From the IMG/VR virus record IMGVR_UViG_3300021255_004321, positions 27,823 through 91,822 of that record: a stretch of 64,000 nucleotides of DNA; one strand, given 5' to 3'. This document shows positions 38,783 through 51,700 of the stretch, piece by piece. Origin of the DNA: a virus (lineage: Duplodnaviria > Caudoviricetes). A program made the position numbers and the translations under genes. Every line of letters starts with the position of its first letter. Within the stretch, counting starts at the first letter, position 1. The notes below the pieces were generated by a model. That model was not told the origin of the DNA and searched no databases. It was given only the letters and a program-made list of their open reading frames with translations.

Positions 38783-39517
38783 ATGGACGAAGAAAACAAA
38801 AATCAGACAGAAGAACAGCAAACACAGAACAATGCAGCTGCACAACCTGCAGCCGCTGCTCCTGCTGATAATACACAGCAGGCTGCTCCCGCTGAACAAC
38901 CTGAAGATAATGGTGTTGATGTAGACCCAACAGTCGACTCAGGTGACCAAGTTTCAGCAGCTGCTCAGGACCAACAGGAAACAGGTGACGCTCCAATGAA
39001 AATGCCTGCAGCCGCTCCAATACCAGCAGGCGGAGGAATATCATCAGAAGGACAGCCACTTGAACTTGATGATGGCACTGATGTAAATGTTGCTCAAGAT
39101 ACTTCTTTACAATACGACGCAATCAATCCTGAAGGTGATGCTTCAATATCTTTTGCAAGCGGAAACTTCAAGAATATATCACAGATTCCTCAAGTAGTTA
39201 ATCAAAAAATTGTTACTATCACAAAAACAGTTATGCCTCTTTGTGAAGCAGGCCTTATTGAATTATTAGGAAACAATAAAGCTTATAAAGGTAACAGCTT
39301 TAATGCAAACTTTAATATCTTGAACGGAGAGCCTCAGTTTGAAGTCAATGCTGAATACAGCGTTGAGTCTTGGATAGGAACTGATATTTCACAGCAAGAT
39401 ATTGCAGAAGATGCAAAGTATTTACTTGACAGACTTAAGGTTGTCCCAGGTGTTCAATGGAACGAGTGTTCAATTGATTGTACCTCAGGAATATTTAAGT
39501 TAGGTTTCATAATCTAA
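38783..39517 (+). CDS. hypothetical late protein with Q/A/P-rich disordered N-terminus
   Basis: 244-aa ORF; ATG 11 nt after the start of ACTAATT. Confidence 0.65.
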   Translation: MDEENKNQTEEQQTQNNAAAQPAAAAPADNTQQAAPAEQPEDNGVDVDPTVDSGDQVSAAAQDQQETGDAPMKMPAAAPIPAGGGISSEGQPLELDDGTDVNVAQDTSLQYDAINPEGDASISFASGNFKNISQIPQVVNQKIVTITKTVMPLCEAGLIELLGNNKAYKGNSFNANFNILNGEPQFEVNAEYSVESWIGTDISQQDIAEDAKYLLDRLKVVPGVQWNECSIDCTSGIFKLGFII

Positions 39518-39589
39518 CTAATTAAATAAACGATAGTCAATAGTTAGGTCATTCCTAAGCCTGATTATTGATAAATATAGGAGAATAAA

Positions 39590-40297
39590 ATGGCAGTAAA
39601 TCCAGACCAGCTTTGGAGTACTTTAGACAAAATCGAGCAAAAACTTCTTTCAATAGTTGATGACTTCGATGCAGTTTCACAGGCTGCAGTTGCACTTGGT
39701 GGAAACGTTGCCCACGTTTTGCCAATTCAGTTGAATGCATCTGCTGACGCTGTTCTTAACTTGGTTAATGGAGCAGGACAGAACTCCATTAAAAACTTGA
39801 AGGACTATGTTGACAATATCCCTCTTGGAGATTTGAGAACAAAGTCTGCAGGCGAAGCAATCCGCAATGGTCAGCGTGAAGCTCCTACTCAGGGAAATGC
39901 ACCAACTGCTCCTGCAATTGATACAACACCTCACGTAGGTGACGCACCTAAATCTGCAATTGTAAATGAAGGCAAGGAAATCAATCTTGACGATTACAAA
40001 AAGCAGCCAATGAAAGAAGCAAAAAAGTTGAATGAAAACGGTGAGTTCTCATTTGACGCAATTCTTGATGAAGCAGATATTGATGGTGAAGGTTATGATT
40101 CAGATGTTCCTGAAGCTGATACTGAATACCTTGAGTCTGATTTGACAGATGGCTTTAACGATGACTTTGAAGATGAAGACAACTTCTCTTTTGATGACTT
40201 CGAAGCTGACAGAATTGCAAATATGGACAACCCGCCAATTGACCCATCTTATGAAGATGCATTTGCTTTTGGTGAAGAGTTTTCTGAAAACAACTAA
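39590..40297 (+). CDS. acidic prohead core/scaffold-like protein
   Basis: Helical N-terminus, very acidic C-terminus, L/M-x-E sites (MKE, LNE, ILDE); strong SD. Confidence 0.45.
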   Translation: MAVNPDQLWSTLDKIEQKLLSIVDDFDAVSQAAVALGGNVAHVLPIQLNASADAVLNLVNGAGQNSIKNLKDYVDNIPLGDLRTKSAGEAIRNGQREAPTQGNAPTAPAIDTTPHVGDAPKSAIVNEGKEINLDDYKKQPMKEAKKLNENGEFSFDAILDEADIDGEGYDSDVPEADTEYLESDLTDGFNDDFEDEDNFSFDDFEADRIANMDNPPIDPSYEDAFAFGEEFSENN

Positions 40298-40317
40298 TGT
40301 TAAATTGAAATAAAATT

Positions 40318-40342
40318 GGCGAGGAAGTTCCTCGCCTTTTTT
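40318..40342 (+). terminator. intrinsic terminator between convergent genes
   Basis: GGCGAGG-AAGTT-CCTCGCC-TTTTTT. Confidence 0.8.
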
Positions 40343-40346
40343 GTTT

Positions 40347-41624
40347 TTAAATATGTTGTCCTACAAGACCCGTGATTTTCTTTTTGTTTATTTTTTCAGG
40401 TGTTGGCGCCATATCGTTCGGGTCTGCTTTTGTCGTTACTGATAAGTTGAAAGTTGTAATGTTTCCACTTGTTGAATAAGTCAAAATAACAAGGTCATAA
40501 GTTGAACTTGGGTTCAATCCTTCAATAACAACTTCTTTTGATTTACAATCTGTTATGATGATAGGATCTTTTCTTCCTGGGACTATGATACGCATCTCTT
40601 GGAAGTATTTATGGTCAGCATTCTTTATTTTGTATTTGATAACAGCAGAATGCGGTGTTGATGTTGGCTCATAATAATAAAAAGCATCAAGATTTACTTC
40701 TGTTGTTTCTGTAAAGTAACCCTTAATAATATCATAAGTTGTTGTGTTCATCAAATGTTTTCCAAGAATCTGAACTTGCTCTTCTGTATAATCTGTATCT
40801 TCGAAAAACTTTTTCGCATACATATTAAGTTCTTCATCTTTAGGGTCTACAGGTGATTCCAAGTCAATGTTATCCCATTTATCAGCAACAAATTCCAAAA
40901 CAGTTTCTTCTGTAAGAAACATATTGTCGCCTTCATCAACATTGTAATTTGAAAATCTATAAGGAAGACGAATGACACCCATCTTTGGAATAATAACTTG
41001 ATATGAACGAACAGTAAACTCAACCTCAATTGGGAATATACGTTGTTGCTCAAGGAACTTAAGTTCTTCCCATTCAGGTGTTGTGTTTACACTTTCAATC
41101 GTTAAATAAGAAGGAATTGCAATAGGGTGTCCTTTCCAATTAAAAACAGAATACATCCACGCAGGATGCTTAGGTTCTTGTTCCCAATAAAGAAGTTGTT
41201 GTGCAGCTCTTACATCTTCACGAGAACTAAAAAATATCTGAGCTTTATATGTTGACTTACAAGCAAGAGAACGAAGTCTTCTATATAAAGTCATATCATA
41301 AATACCAAGAACTGCTTGTGATGTGTTTTGAGCAAAAGGGCGGTCATCTGCTTCCCAGTCGCTTGACTGATGATACGCAGCAAAAGGCAAGTTTAATGAT
41401 ATAGGTGAAAGCTGTGTATCTTCCTTCTTTCCTCTATCCATTGTTTCAATTCTTCTACGGAAAACTGAATCTGAAGGAGAGAATACAACACGACTCTTAT
41501 CTTTCATAAACAACAAATCAGCCAAAAATTTTTCAATACAACACTTGACTGATTGATGTATGTCAATCCATTTTGAGCCTATTTCATCTTCATAAAAACT
41601 TTTAATGTATTCATCTCTTGCCAT
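40347..41624 (-). CDS. neck/tail-terminator-like protein (gp15-like) with C-terminal fibronectin type III domain
   Basis: 'LNLPFAAY' and 'YKAQIFFSSRED' fit the gp15/gp3 fold; FN3 signature 'VIEGLNPSSTYDLVILT'. Confidence 0.5.
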   Translation of the reverse strand: MARDEYIKSFYEDEIGSKWIDIHQSVKCCIEKFLADLLFMKDKSRVVFSPSDSVFRRRIETMDRGKKEDTQLSPISLNLPFAAYHQSSDWEADDRPFAQNTSQAVLGIYDMTLYRRLRSLACKSTYKAQIFFSSREDVRAAQQLLYWEQEPKHPAWMYSVFNWKGHPIAIPSYLTIESVNTTPEWEELKFLEQQRIFPIEVEFTVRSYQVIIPKMGVIRLPYRFSNYNVDEGDNMFLTEETVLEFVADKWDNIDLESPVDPKDEELNMYAKKFFEDTDYTEEQVQILGKHLMNTTTYDIIKGYFTETTEVNLDAFYYYEPTSTPHSAVIKYKIKNADHKYFQEMRIIVPGRKDPIIITDCKSKEVVIEGLNPSSTYDLVILTYSTSGNITTFNLSVTTKADPNDMAPTPEKINKKKITGLVGQHI

Positions 41625-41676
41625 AATTGAATTAGTTGAAAATTGACTAGTATGACTAATTTTTAGGAGAACTTTA

Positions 41677-42135
41677 ATGGGTGATAAAAATTTATTTGAA
41701 AAGCCAATGACAATTTTTCAACAGAATGTTAACGACATTATTAAAGATAACCCAGTAAACGATCTTATCAAAGACTTAATAAAACTTAATATGCTAAAGA
41801 ATTCCGAAAAAGACGATAAGCAACTTGTATTAGTTGAATTATATAATCTTTTGGGGACTGAAAAGTTTATGGAAGTAATTGAACTCCTTAGTGGAAAAAC
41901 AGTTAAGTTCCCAACGAAGTCTGACTTCAAAGAAACAATTCAGATAGCGTTATGTTATTATTTAAGACAGTATAGAGATTTATCGTGGGACGAAATAAAA
42001 GAGGTTATCCAAGACGACGAATTAAGTTCTGTAAAGCTTGGAGTTAGGGTTCAACAGTTACAAAGATTTATTGAACACTACAATGAAAATCGTATTAAAA
42101 AGGAGATTCTTGAAAATGGACGAAGAGTTGACTAA
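41677..42135 (+). CDS. Mor/C-like transcription regulator
   Basis: 'LYNLLGTEKFMEVIELLSGKTVKFP' resembles the Mor dimerisation motif; HTH-like 'LSWDEIKEVI'. Confidence 0.5.
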   Translation: MGDKNLFEKPMTIFQQNVNDIIKDNPVNDLIKDLIKLNMLKNSEKDDKQLVLVELYNLLGTEKFMEVIELLSGKTVKFPTKSDFKETIQIALCYYLRQYRDLSWDEIKEVIQDDELSSVKLGVRVQQLQRFIEHYNENRIKKEILENGRRVD

Positions 42136-42712
42136 AGAAGAAGCAGATAAAAACATTGCAATTCTTCAAGAGATGAATGACCTTGCAAAGACAAACTCGA
42201 AGAATGTTCAGCAAGCTCGTATGAATGAAGCTCCTGTAAGAGATGTTGAGTCTTCACTTGCATCTTTCACAAAACATACATTTAACATTATCAGTGAAGA
42301 ATACGACTTTCAAAAAGATATTGAAAAAGAGATAAGAGCTCGACTTCAATTATCAGAAAAGAATGGCGGCTTCTCATCAAAAGAGTTGATTGCATTACAT
42401 ACAAACAACTTTGTTAATCTTAATGACCGTGTATCAAAAGTATTGGGACCAACATTCCAACTTATGACTTCGGAGATAAACGCTGATATTGCTGCAAGAG
42501 CACAAATGGAAAAACAGCAACAGGCTCAGGTAAACATTTCAATTGGACAGAATGCAGAAAGTGCAAAGAACTTAAATGAGAATTGTGGCTCAAAAGATGA
42601 AGCACAGGCAATTCTTCAAGGTATGTTCCAATTACAAAATCTCTTGCAAGGATTAGGTATTAAGACACCTGCAGAGCAAAAAGCTGAAGCGCTCCAAAAT
42701 CAAACTAATTAA
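42116..42712 (+). CDS. hypothetical helical protein (terminase small subunit-like position and size, unproven)
   Basis: Start at ATG 42116 after AGGAG; 'QVNISIG' near the C-terminus. Confidence 0.55.
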   Translation: MDEELTKEEADKNIAILQEMNDLAKTNSKNVQQARMNEAPVRDVESSLASFTKHTFNIISEEYDFQKDIEKEIRARLQLSEKNGGFSSKELIALHTNNFVNLNDRVSKVLGPTFQLMTSEINADIAARAQMEKQQQAQVNISIGQNAESAKNLNENCGSKDEAQAILQGMFQLQNLLQGLGIKTPAEQKAEALQNQTN

Positions 42713-42730
42713 AAATAAATTGAGGTTAGA

Positions 42731-45700
42731 ATGTACACAAGCAACTCAGAATTTGATTTAGAAACAAGAGTTCAAATCACTAACGAAGTACCTGCTGTAA
42801 GAACTTTCCAGCAGATGCATCATTCATTACAAAATGAAACTTGGAAATGGCTTATCGGAACAGAAGATGTAGATTACGACTTACCTGTAGGCGGTAAATA
42901 CATTGAAGGCGTTGATGCTGACGGTAACCCAGAAACAAGAGAGCTTATCGCACCACCTGTTAAAATTGTAAATGGAAAACAGGCAGCTTCTTATGGCCCA
43001 AGTAAAAGTGAAAAATGGAATCCTGATACTGAATCTTATGAAGAGTATGTTCCAAAATTTCATAGAACAGAAATCAATGGTACACTTACTGTTGAGCAGG
43101 ATTTATTCTTGCACGAAATCTATCGTTACCTCAATTGTATTTACCCAGATCACCCTGATTGGTTGAACTTGCTTACAAGAAATGAAGTTCTTGATGCTTT
43201 CAACAATGCAGCTGCAATGGTTGATTATAAACCTAATAATGAATTCTTCAAACTTGTTGCAGACTCTATCGGCGACGTTGATGGTTCAGAAGAATTTAAA
43301 CTTAACCTTCGTAACTTGACATCAAATGCTGCAAGAAGAAAGTTCTTTGGTTCAACACTTGGCTATCGTATGACAGGACACGATGCATACGAAGACATTA
43401 TGGTATTCCCAATTGGAAAGAACTTGACAATTGCTCCAATGATGGGTACTGACTCAGGAAAAACAAATTCAAACGGCGATGTTCTTTATAAGCCAAGTGA
43501 AATTCCTGTAAAGAATTATATTATTGATACTTTTGATGAGCGCTATCAAACATTGTTCCGTCGTATTGACTTCAATGGCGACAGCCGTGATACATCATTC
43601 GTATCATCAAACTCTGTTATACTTCCTGCTTATACACTCCCTGGGTATGAGGACTTTGTATTTGAATTTGTATCTTCAAAAGATGGCTACTCAACTTTAC
43701 AAGACCACAAAATATATAAAGAAAACGACTTCTCATTCTTCACAAACCATAATGAAGACATCGTAGGTTCGATTGCAAACTTGAAACAGTATAATGTTAT
43801 CGAGCCAAAAATTACAACAATCGATGACAAGAGCTATGTTGAGTATGTTTCTTCTGATGACAAAGTTTACGGGTTCCAATTGTCTGCTTTGTCAAAACCT
43901 TCATACTTGAAACTTTATAAGTATAAAACAATTGATGAACTTGAGCAGTTCCAAAAAGATCATAATCTTGACACAACAAACATTAAAAACTGGGATATGT
44001 CTTTCGGGGCAGATGGAAAAGCAAATCGCACAAAAGCATTCTTCTCAGAATACTTAAGACCTTTATTCCACTACTGCGCAGGATTTGATGCTCTTAAAGG
44101 ATATGAATCCCTCAGAGATACAGTTGACTATGCATACAACTCAATTGTAAAAAATACAATCGTTCTTCCTCCTGAAGAAATGATTAAACTTTATGGTGAA
44201 ACAGAGTTTGATGAAGGCGTTACAGTAAATAAAGCATCACCTGAATTGGTTGGCACATCACTTGAGAAAGGTGACTTTATATCTTTTGATGATGCTTCAA
44301 TGAAAAGTACAACAACTTATGAAGTTGTAGGTGCTTCTTGGGGTGTTCTTGAAGCAACATTCCACCACGACAAAAACATTTCAGATTATCTTGCAATCAA
44401 AAATTATTCACCTTTCGATGAATTAAACGATACAGTTGTATCAGATGATAATTCCGCAGTCGTTGTTCAGAACAGAGATGGTGACTATATCGTATTGCAC
44501 GGTTCGTTGAGATGCTTCTGGAAAACAATGACTCAAGGGCCTTTCACAGCTTCATACCTTGACTCAATCAGATTTGTAGTTAAAGCTATCCCAGAAACAA
44601 AGTCAGAACAGTTATTCCGTACTCTTTATGGTGATGACAGCTTTAAGTTAATTGATGAAATCAATGAAGAGATCTTGCAGTATGATAGAGATATGGCAAG
44701 AGCTCGTGCTTTAATAAAACAAGTTGAAAATACTCTTACTGATACACCTCTTGAAACATATGAAGAGTTGTCTGTAAAAGAAACACTTACTGCAGAAGAA
44801 CAAGAAACTCTTGATGCAGCAATTGCAAAACTTGAAGAGTTTGCATATTCTTATTGGTCTGATTACAAAGCTGCTGAAGAAAAAGTAAAAGATGCAACTG
44901 AAGACCTTGTTAAAGCAAATACAGAACTTGCTCGTCTTAGAAAGAATAAAGAACTTCTCTTAAAAGATGGCGTTATATCTTTTGGCTATGATAGCAAAGT
45001 TGTATTCTTGGGACAGGTTGGTGACCAAGGTATTTATGGTAAATATCAATTCTTGTTAGACTTGGGATTTGTTGAAAGCTTCAATCTTGGTAATGTTTCA
45101 GTATTACCTATTGACCCAATGAATGGCGCAATCCCAATGGAAAGAAACTATGTAAATGGCGACTTTGAAAAAACTTACTATCTTGCACAAGTTGACCAAA
45201 GCAAGTTGATTAAAGACACATCTCAGATTGGACAACTTTACAGCAACATTCTTGATGATGATAGAGCTCTTGCATTTAAGTCAACAATAAAATTTGAAGT
45301 ATACAATGAAAAGACATACACTGTAACTGCACAGGTATTTGTTGATAAGAAAGCAAATCAGGTAACCCACGAAATGCAGTTCTTGACTGATGATGCAAAG
45401 AAAAAGTTTGAGTCTATCAGTGTAGGTTCAAAAGTTCGTGGCCCAGGTATTGGCAACGCTTATGTTGTATCTTTAGGAAACAATTCATTAACATTGAACA
45501 CATCAATCCCTAAAGGCGGCTACTTGACATATCATTTTGAATGCCCAGTAACAACAACACCTAATGAGATTAAAGATGACCCATTCAACTACAAAAGAGT
45601 AATGAATGACTTGGGTATTTATGATAAAGTTTCTTTCTTTGACCACGGTGTATATGGCACAAAAGAATGGCCTAATGTTTCAGCCGTTGTATTTGATGGT

Positions 45701-48700
45701 GACTTAAGAGATAAACAAATTCTCAATCCTAAGACATTCCGTCAAGTAGTTAAATATCTTTATGGTGATAAACTTTCAGGTAACCCTGCAGAATACTTAA
45801 CACCTTCAATTGCAAAATACACAAGAGATGTATTTGTTGACATTAAGGCTGATAAGTTGATTAGTTCAAAGAACTACAACGGACATACAGAAAACTTGAT
45901 GAATGTTGACTGGCTTGACTACATTCAAAATAATAATGAACTTCCTCTTGCAAAAGAAAATGTAAATGTTGGCGCAAATGTTATCTTGAACACTGACTTG
46001 TCAGGTTATGCATCTTTGATTAAGAATGCAAATTACACAGATGAAAAGTTGAAGACATTGTTCCAAACAAATAACTGGGATGATACAACAATTCCTGCTT
46101 ATGTTCAGATTGGTACTGGTGGTAAGAATTATAAGTCTTACTTCAAGTTGATGTCAGATATTTTCTATCCTAACGTTTACGGTGCAACATTCTGGGATCA
46201 TCAGATTGAGCCAACAAAAGGTGGTAATCCTGAAGACACAATTGATGACTGGAGAACAGTCGGCGAAACAAAGTTGAAGAAAAGATCAACTTATTCAAAA
46301 GTAAACACTTTGGCTGACGCATCTTCAGTTTACCACACATATGAAAATATCGACAACCCAATATTTGAAATTCCTCTTAATGAATACAACATTCAGTTGA
46401 AGACTTTCCAAAACGGTAAGACTTACACAATCATTGATGCTTTATTCTATGAGCAGGGATTTAAGAACATCACAAAGAAGAATGAGTTGAAGATTTCAAA
46501 AGCATCTGAATTGTATTCAAACTTCATTGATGCTTATCCTATCGTATCTGACCTTAAAGATTCTATCGCTGATGGTATTCAGTATTATTATTTTGCAGAC
46601 GGTTCAAAGTACGGTGAAAAGAAAGCTGACCTTTGGTTCACAAAGAAAACTACTGCAGAAGGTACAACACAAGATGAAGTTGATAGAGAGTCAAGAGAAT
46701 TCAACAGATACACAAGATACGACATTTATAACGGCGGTGTTTTTGGTTCTCAATTGTATCACTTTAATACAATTTTCTATGACATCTTAGGTGCAGGACT
46801 TTTCTCAGATGTTAACTACCTTAAACTTTATAATGATGGTGTTCTCGCAGATGATAAAGATACTCGTATCAAAAACTTCTTAGACTTGCCTCATAATGAA
46901 ATATTAAGACGCCTCTTAATGCTTAAGGCTTTCTATAACAGCAACAGTTCAAACATTGATAAAGCACTTAAGTATAAAGCTTACATCATTCGTAATGTTC
47001 AAGTATTCAATTCTGTTGAAGAAGCTAAGGCAGCTATCGACAACGAAGATCTTGGCATTGAAGCTAAAAATGTTACAGAGTATTCTATCGACGATAAGAA
47101 AAATGGTAAATATGTCATTACAGGTGATGGCACAGAATATATCGTTGATGATAATTGGAATAAAACATTTGAAGACAAGTTGATTTTGTTCTCTTACATA
47201 AAGGGTGCTTGGGACACAAAAGACGATAAGCCTGCATCAGAAGATGACCAAACAACAAGTAATTATGAAAGCAACAGCGAGCTTGATAAAGAGCTTCCTG
47301 ATTTCTTTGGCCTTAAGTCTTATGATACACTTGGTATTTTCTGGAATGGAACTTCTGCTGAACTTATCAATGTTCATAAGAATTACACAATTTGTACTAC
47401 TGACGCAATCAAGCCTCTTCCTCTTATTACAAAAACAGAAGAGAACTTATACTACGGATATTTCAATCGCCCAATCTTTACAGTATACAGCAAGTTGCGT
47501 ATCACTGCTAAGCAAGATAAATCTGCAAGTTCAGGTGAAGGACAGTGGCTTGCTGTAAGTCACGATTTAAGTGATTGGAATATGGACTTGGGTAATTCAT
47601 TTATCAATTACTCATACATCATCTTCAACATTATTAAGTTGCCTAGAAAGTATATCGCAAACGGTTCTTATGACATCAACTTGTTTATGGACCCACAATT
47701 CATTGGTAGAGGTTATAAGTTTGATGATTACATCAACGGCAACAAGAGCAATGAAATTGATTTTAACATTTCACAGTCAGCTATCAGATACGATAGAGAT
47801 CATAACACATTCTATACAATCGCAGCTCCTGTTGTAAAAGATGCAGATGGTAATGAATCATTCGCATCAGAGAATGAAAAGATTGCAATCAAGTTTGAGG
47901 AACAGAAGTACTTCAAGGATTTGAAGTTCTTATTTGGTTCATATCAAACAAGCAATACACAGTTTGAAGGTTCAACTGACATTACAAAAGAAGCTTACAT
48001 TAAAGGCGTTGCTTTGCAGCCTTTCAGTATCTCTGACCTTTCAACATCTGATAAGTTTGTATCTATCCAAGAAGTTGACCTTCGTTCAATCTATACACCT
48101 CTTTTGAACTCAAGAGTATTTGAAGGCACAAGACAATTCTCAGGTGAAGTTTATGGTGTTACTGATAAAGGTGAATACTTCGTATCAGGAAAAAGAACAC
48201 AACCTTTCTCAAGAATATACGATAAAGATGTTACAACAACATTGAATGATATTCTTCCTTGCCGCATTGATACTAACGGTAACATTATTAAGTTGCCTAA
48301 GTATGATAATGTAGGTGTAAACTTTGATGACCCAAACACAAATCTTGTTGCTCCTACATATGAAAATGTATCACTCAGAAAATCAATTGACCCAAGATAC
48401 GTTGTTTCAGATGTGCCTGAGTTTAAGTATTATAAGAACCTCTTGGTATTTGAAGGTCTTATCAATCTTAAGAAGCCTAACGCAATTGAAGCTCCTGTAG
48501 AAGACCCATCAACATTCAATCTTGTTCTTCAAATGTTGAACGGTGGAGACACAGTAGAGGGCGCAGTTTGCCTTTCAGGTGGTTCTTACGCAACACATAC
48601 AATCACAACAAACATTGAAGAAAAAGCATTGTTCGTTGCTGTAAACGGAAGCGATGTTCAAGTTATAACTACATCAGGTGTTTGGAAAAATGATGAGCCT

Positions 48701-51700
48701 ATCAACTTTGATGCAGTAAATAATGCCACATTCAGTAAAGTTGAAGGTATTCCTGAACTTGAAGGAACAATCACAAATGTTATCTGGGATGAAGACCTCA
48801 ACTCATTTGTTGCAACTCTCGGAAGAAGTCCTTCAATTGGACCTAATGAAACAGATGACTTTGGTCTTATGTATTATAAGTCATCTGTAGCAGTTCAGTT
48901 GACTCCTGTACCTGCAGGTGAAAAACCTATTGAAGTTTACGCATCGTTGTTCGATACAAATGTTGAGAACTGCTTCAGACAAAGAGAAGATGGTATTTAT
49001 ATTTGGAACGACCTTTCTCACGGTATTCCTGTAGGAAAAATTGTTGAGCAGGACAACATCATTGAGACTGAATTGGTAAACCCTAATGATGTTGCATTCC
49101 GTATTTACAGAAATGTTGAAAACGCAACAAACACTAAAAATGATGCTGACAAGATTTACGGTATAGGTGATAATAAAGATGGCACTCACCTTGTAATGAA
49201 AGAAGGCCCATATATTCCTAGAGTACCTGAAGAAGGCGAGTTGCTTCACAGATCTTTGTTCTCAACTGATGATATTGATATTGCTCTTATGGAAGAGTAC
49301 ATCTTTATTAAGTCAAAGAACTATCTTGTTGATAGTGAAAACAATTATACTCGTACTCTTTCAACAAACAGACACTGGAAAGCTACAAAGTTGCCTGAGA
49401 TTTTGGATAACACAGAACTTTTCTTAAAGTCACATACTCTTACAGGTTCAAATTCTGTTTACGAATACGTTAAGAAAGTTTACAATACATTTGCAAGTTG
49501 GGCTTTCAAAGATGATGCTATAATTGAAGGTGAAACTGAAGGTGAGGTAACACTTGCAGGTCTTAGCCTTGATAAAGCATATAAGAGAGAAGATGTTGAA
49601 TACTTCAGAAATGCAGTTAAGGATTATATGGAAAATAAATTCCTTGATTACAATGCATTCAAAGCAAAATGTAAATACTATGATGAGAACGGTGTAGTTG
49701 AAAACATTGAAGCAGAAGGCGTTACAATCCCAGTAGACTCTTCAAATTATACAAGTCTTGATACAGCAATCGTTAAAGTTGAGTGTGACACAGGTCTTCC
49801 TTTGGATGAAAACTTCAGAATTGATACTGATAAGAGTTATAAGATTTCAGGAACAACACTTGACTTTGTAATTCAGTCAAAAGTTGCTCAGAACTATGTC
49901 AACTTTGATGAAATGTATTATCAGTATGCAACAATTGTAATGAAGTATCTCATCGGTGAAGTTGAGTCTGAAAACTTTGGTACAACTTGTATCACAGATG
50001 TTAAGTCTTCAGGTAACAGATTCTTCTTTAAGACATTTAATGATGACTTCTTCTACATTGATAAAGACAAACTTTATAAGTATGAAGATTTCAGCAATAT
50101 GATAAACTGGAATGTTGCTTTAATGCCTGCAGGAACTTACTTAAGAGGTTCTTATGCAAAGACAATAAACAACTTCCACACAGTAACAGTTAAAGGTTCA
50201 AATGGTGATGATATTGTTATCCCAGTAAGTGCAAAGACAATGCCTATTAAGTTCTTCCGTCTCAAAACAGATATGTATGTTTCTCCTGACGGAAAACATA
50301 TCTTCTTTGGCGGTTGCACAGTTCCTTTCCCAGAAATCAAAAAGGCTGTTGCTTTGGCAGGCGGAGATGACAGCGACTTTATAGAAGATACATTATTGCA
50401 AGCAAACCTTAAGTCTTGGATGAATGATGAAGAGAACACAGGTACTGCACCTATGGTTTTATACTCAGATGATGCAGGAAAGACTTTCAAGATTCTTCCT
50501 ATTAAGCAGTTTGTTGATAAGAGCCTATTCTCAAATGACAACTTTGAGGTTGCTTCATTCAAAGAATATGATGATAAGTTGCTTGCTTTCGTTAAGAAGA
50601 CAAACGGCGGCTTTGAGTCAAGTCAGATTGTAATTTCATTCAACACTGCTACAGGCGATGTTGATACAGAGTCAACTATTTACCAAGCAATGTCAATTGC
50701 TGATAACGGTAAGTTACATACAACTCCTGCAGGAGACGGAACTCTTACTTGGTCAGACGGTGCACTTGGCTTTGGTGTTGATATTGATGCATCAGAAATG
50801 AATGGTTCAGGTACATTGAACTTTGACTGGACAGGTGCCAACTCATTGACAATTCCAACAGGCCTTGCAGTTAAGAGCGCAACATCAAATGCTGTTCTTT
50901 TGAATAAAGGCTTTGCTTCAGGTGATATACCTTCAGGTAAGTTGAGAGCATTGTTTGCAATCTCAACAAAGATGGATATTCCTCAGCAAGTTCAGTTCTT
51001 GTCATCAGACCCATTAAAGTTGAATGAATATAAGAACCGCACAACAGGACTCTTTAAGGTTCCTACAACAAAGCCTGTTCAGAATGAAGCTTTGGCTGAC
51101 CGTATTTACTCACCAAGATACTTGAGTGCAATTGATACTCAAGACAAGGACATCATCGGATTCCCTAGAGTTGATGAAGATGTAAGCCACACATATTATG
51201 AATATGACATTGATGAAAACGGAAAGATTGGCGATGTTAAGCCTCTTAAGAACACATTTGGTAATGAAATCAAATTGTGTACAGAAGACGGCAGCAAATA
51301 TGTATTTGATAATGTAGATGTTTCTGAAGGAACAACTGTTACTCCTTCAATGCCTCAGTCATTGGAAGATATGATTGATGCAAACATTGATGTTATGTTT
51401 GCAAAAACAGCAGGTAAGAATAAAGTATCTGCTAAGTCTGCATTGTCAAACATCTCAACAATGGACATTGATAATGAGTTAACATTCAAAAAGAACGGTG
51501 ACGCATACACAGATGAACATTATTCTTATACACTTAGAGCATTTGATATAAATAATAACAGTGCACTCATTAAGCCTGAATATAATCCTCTTGAGATTGC
51601 AGACATCTTGTCTTGTAAAGTTGACTTTACTACAGATGAAGAAACAACAAAAGCAAAAGCTTTTGATATTGTGTTCGGTAAAAATGGTGAGAATGAAGAA

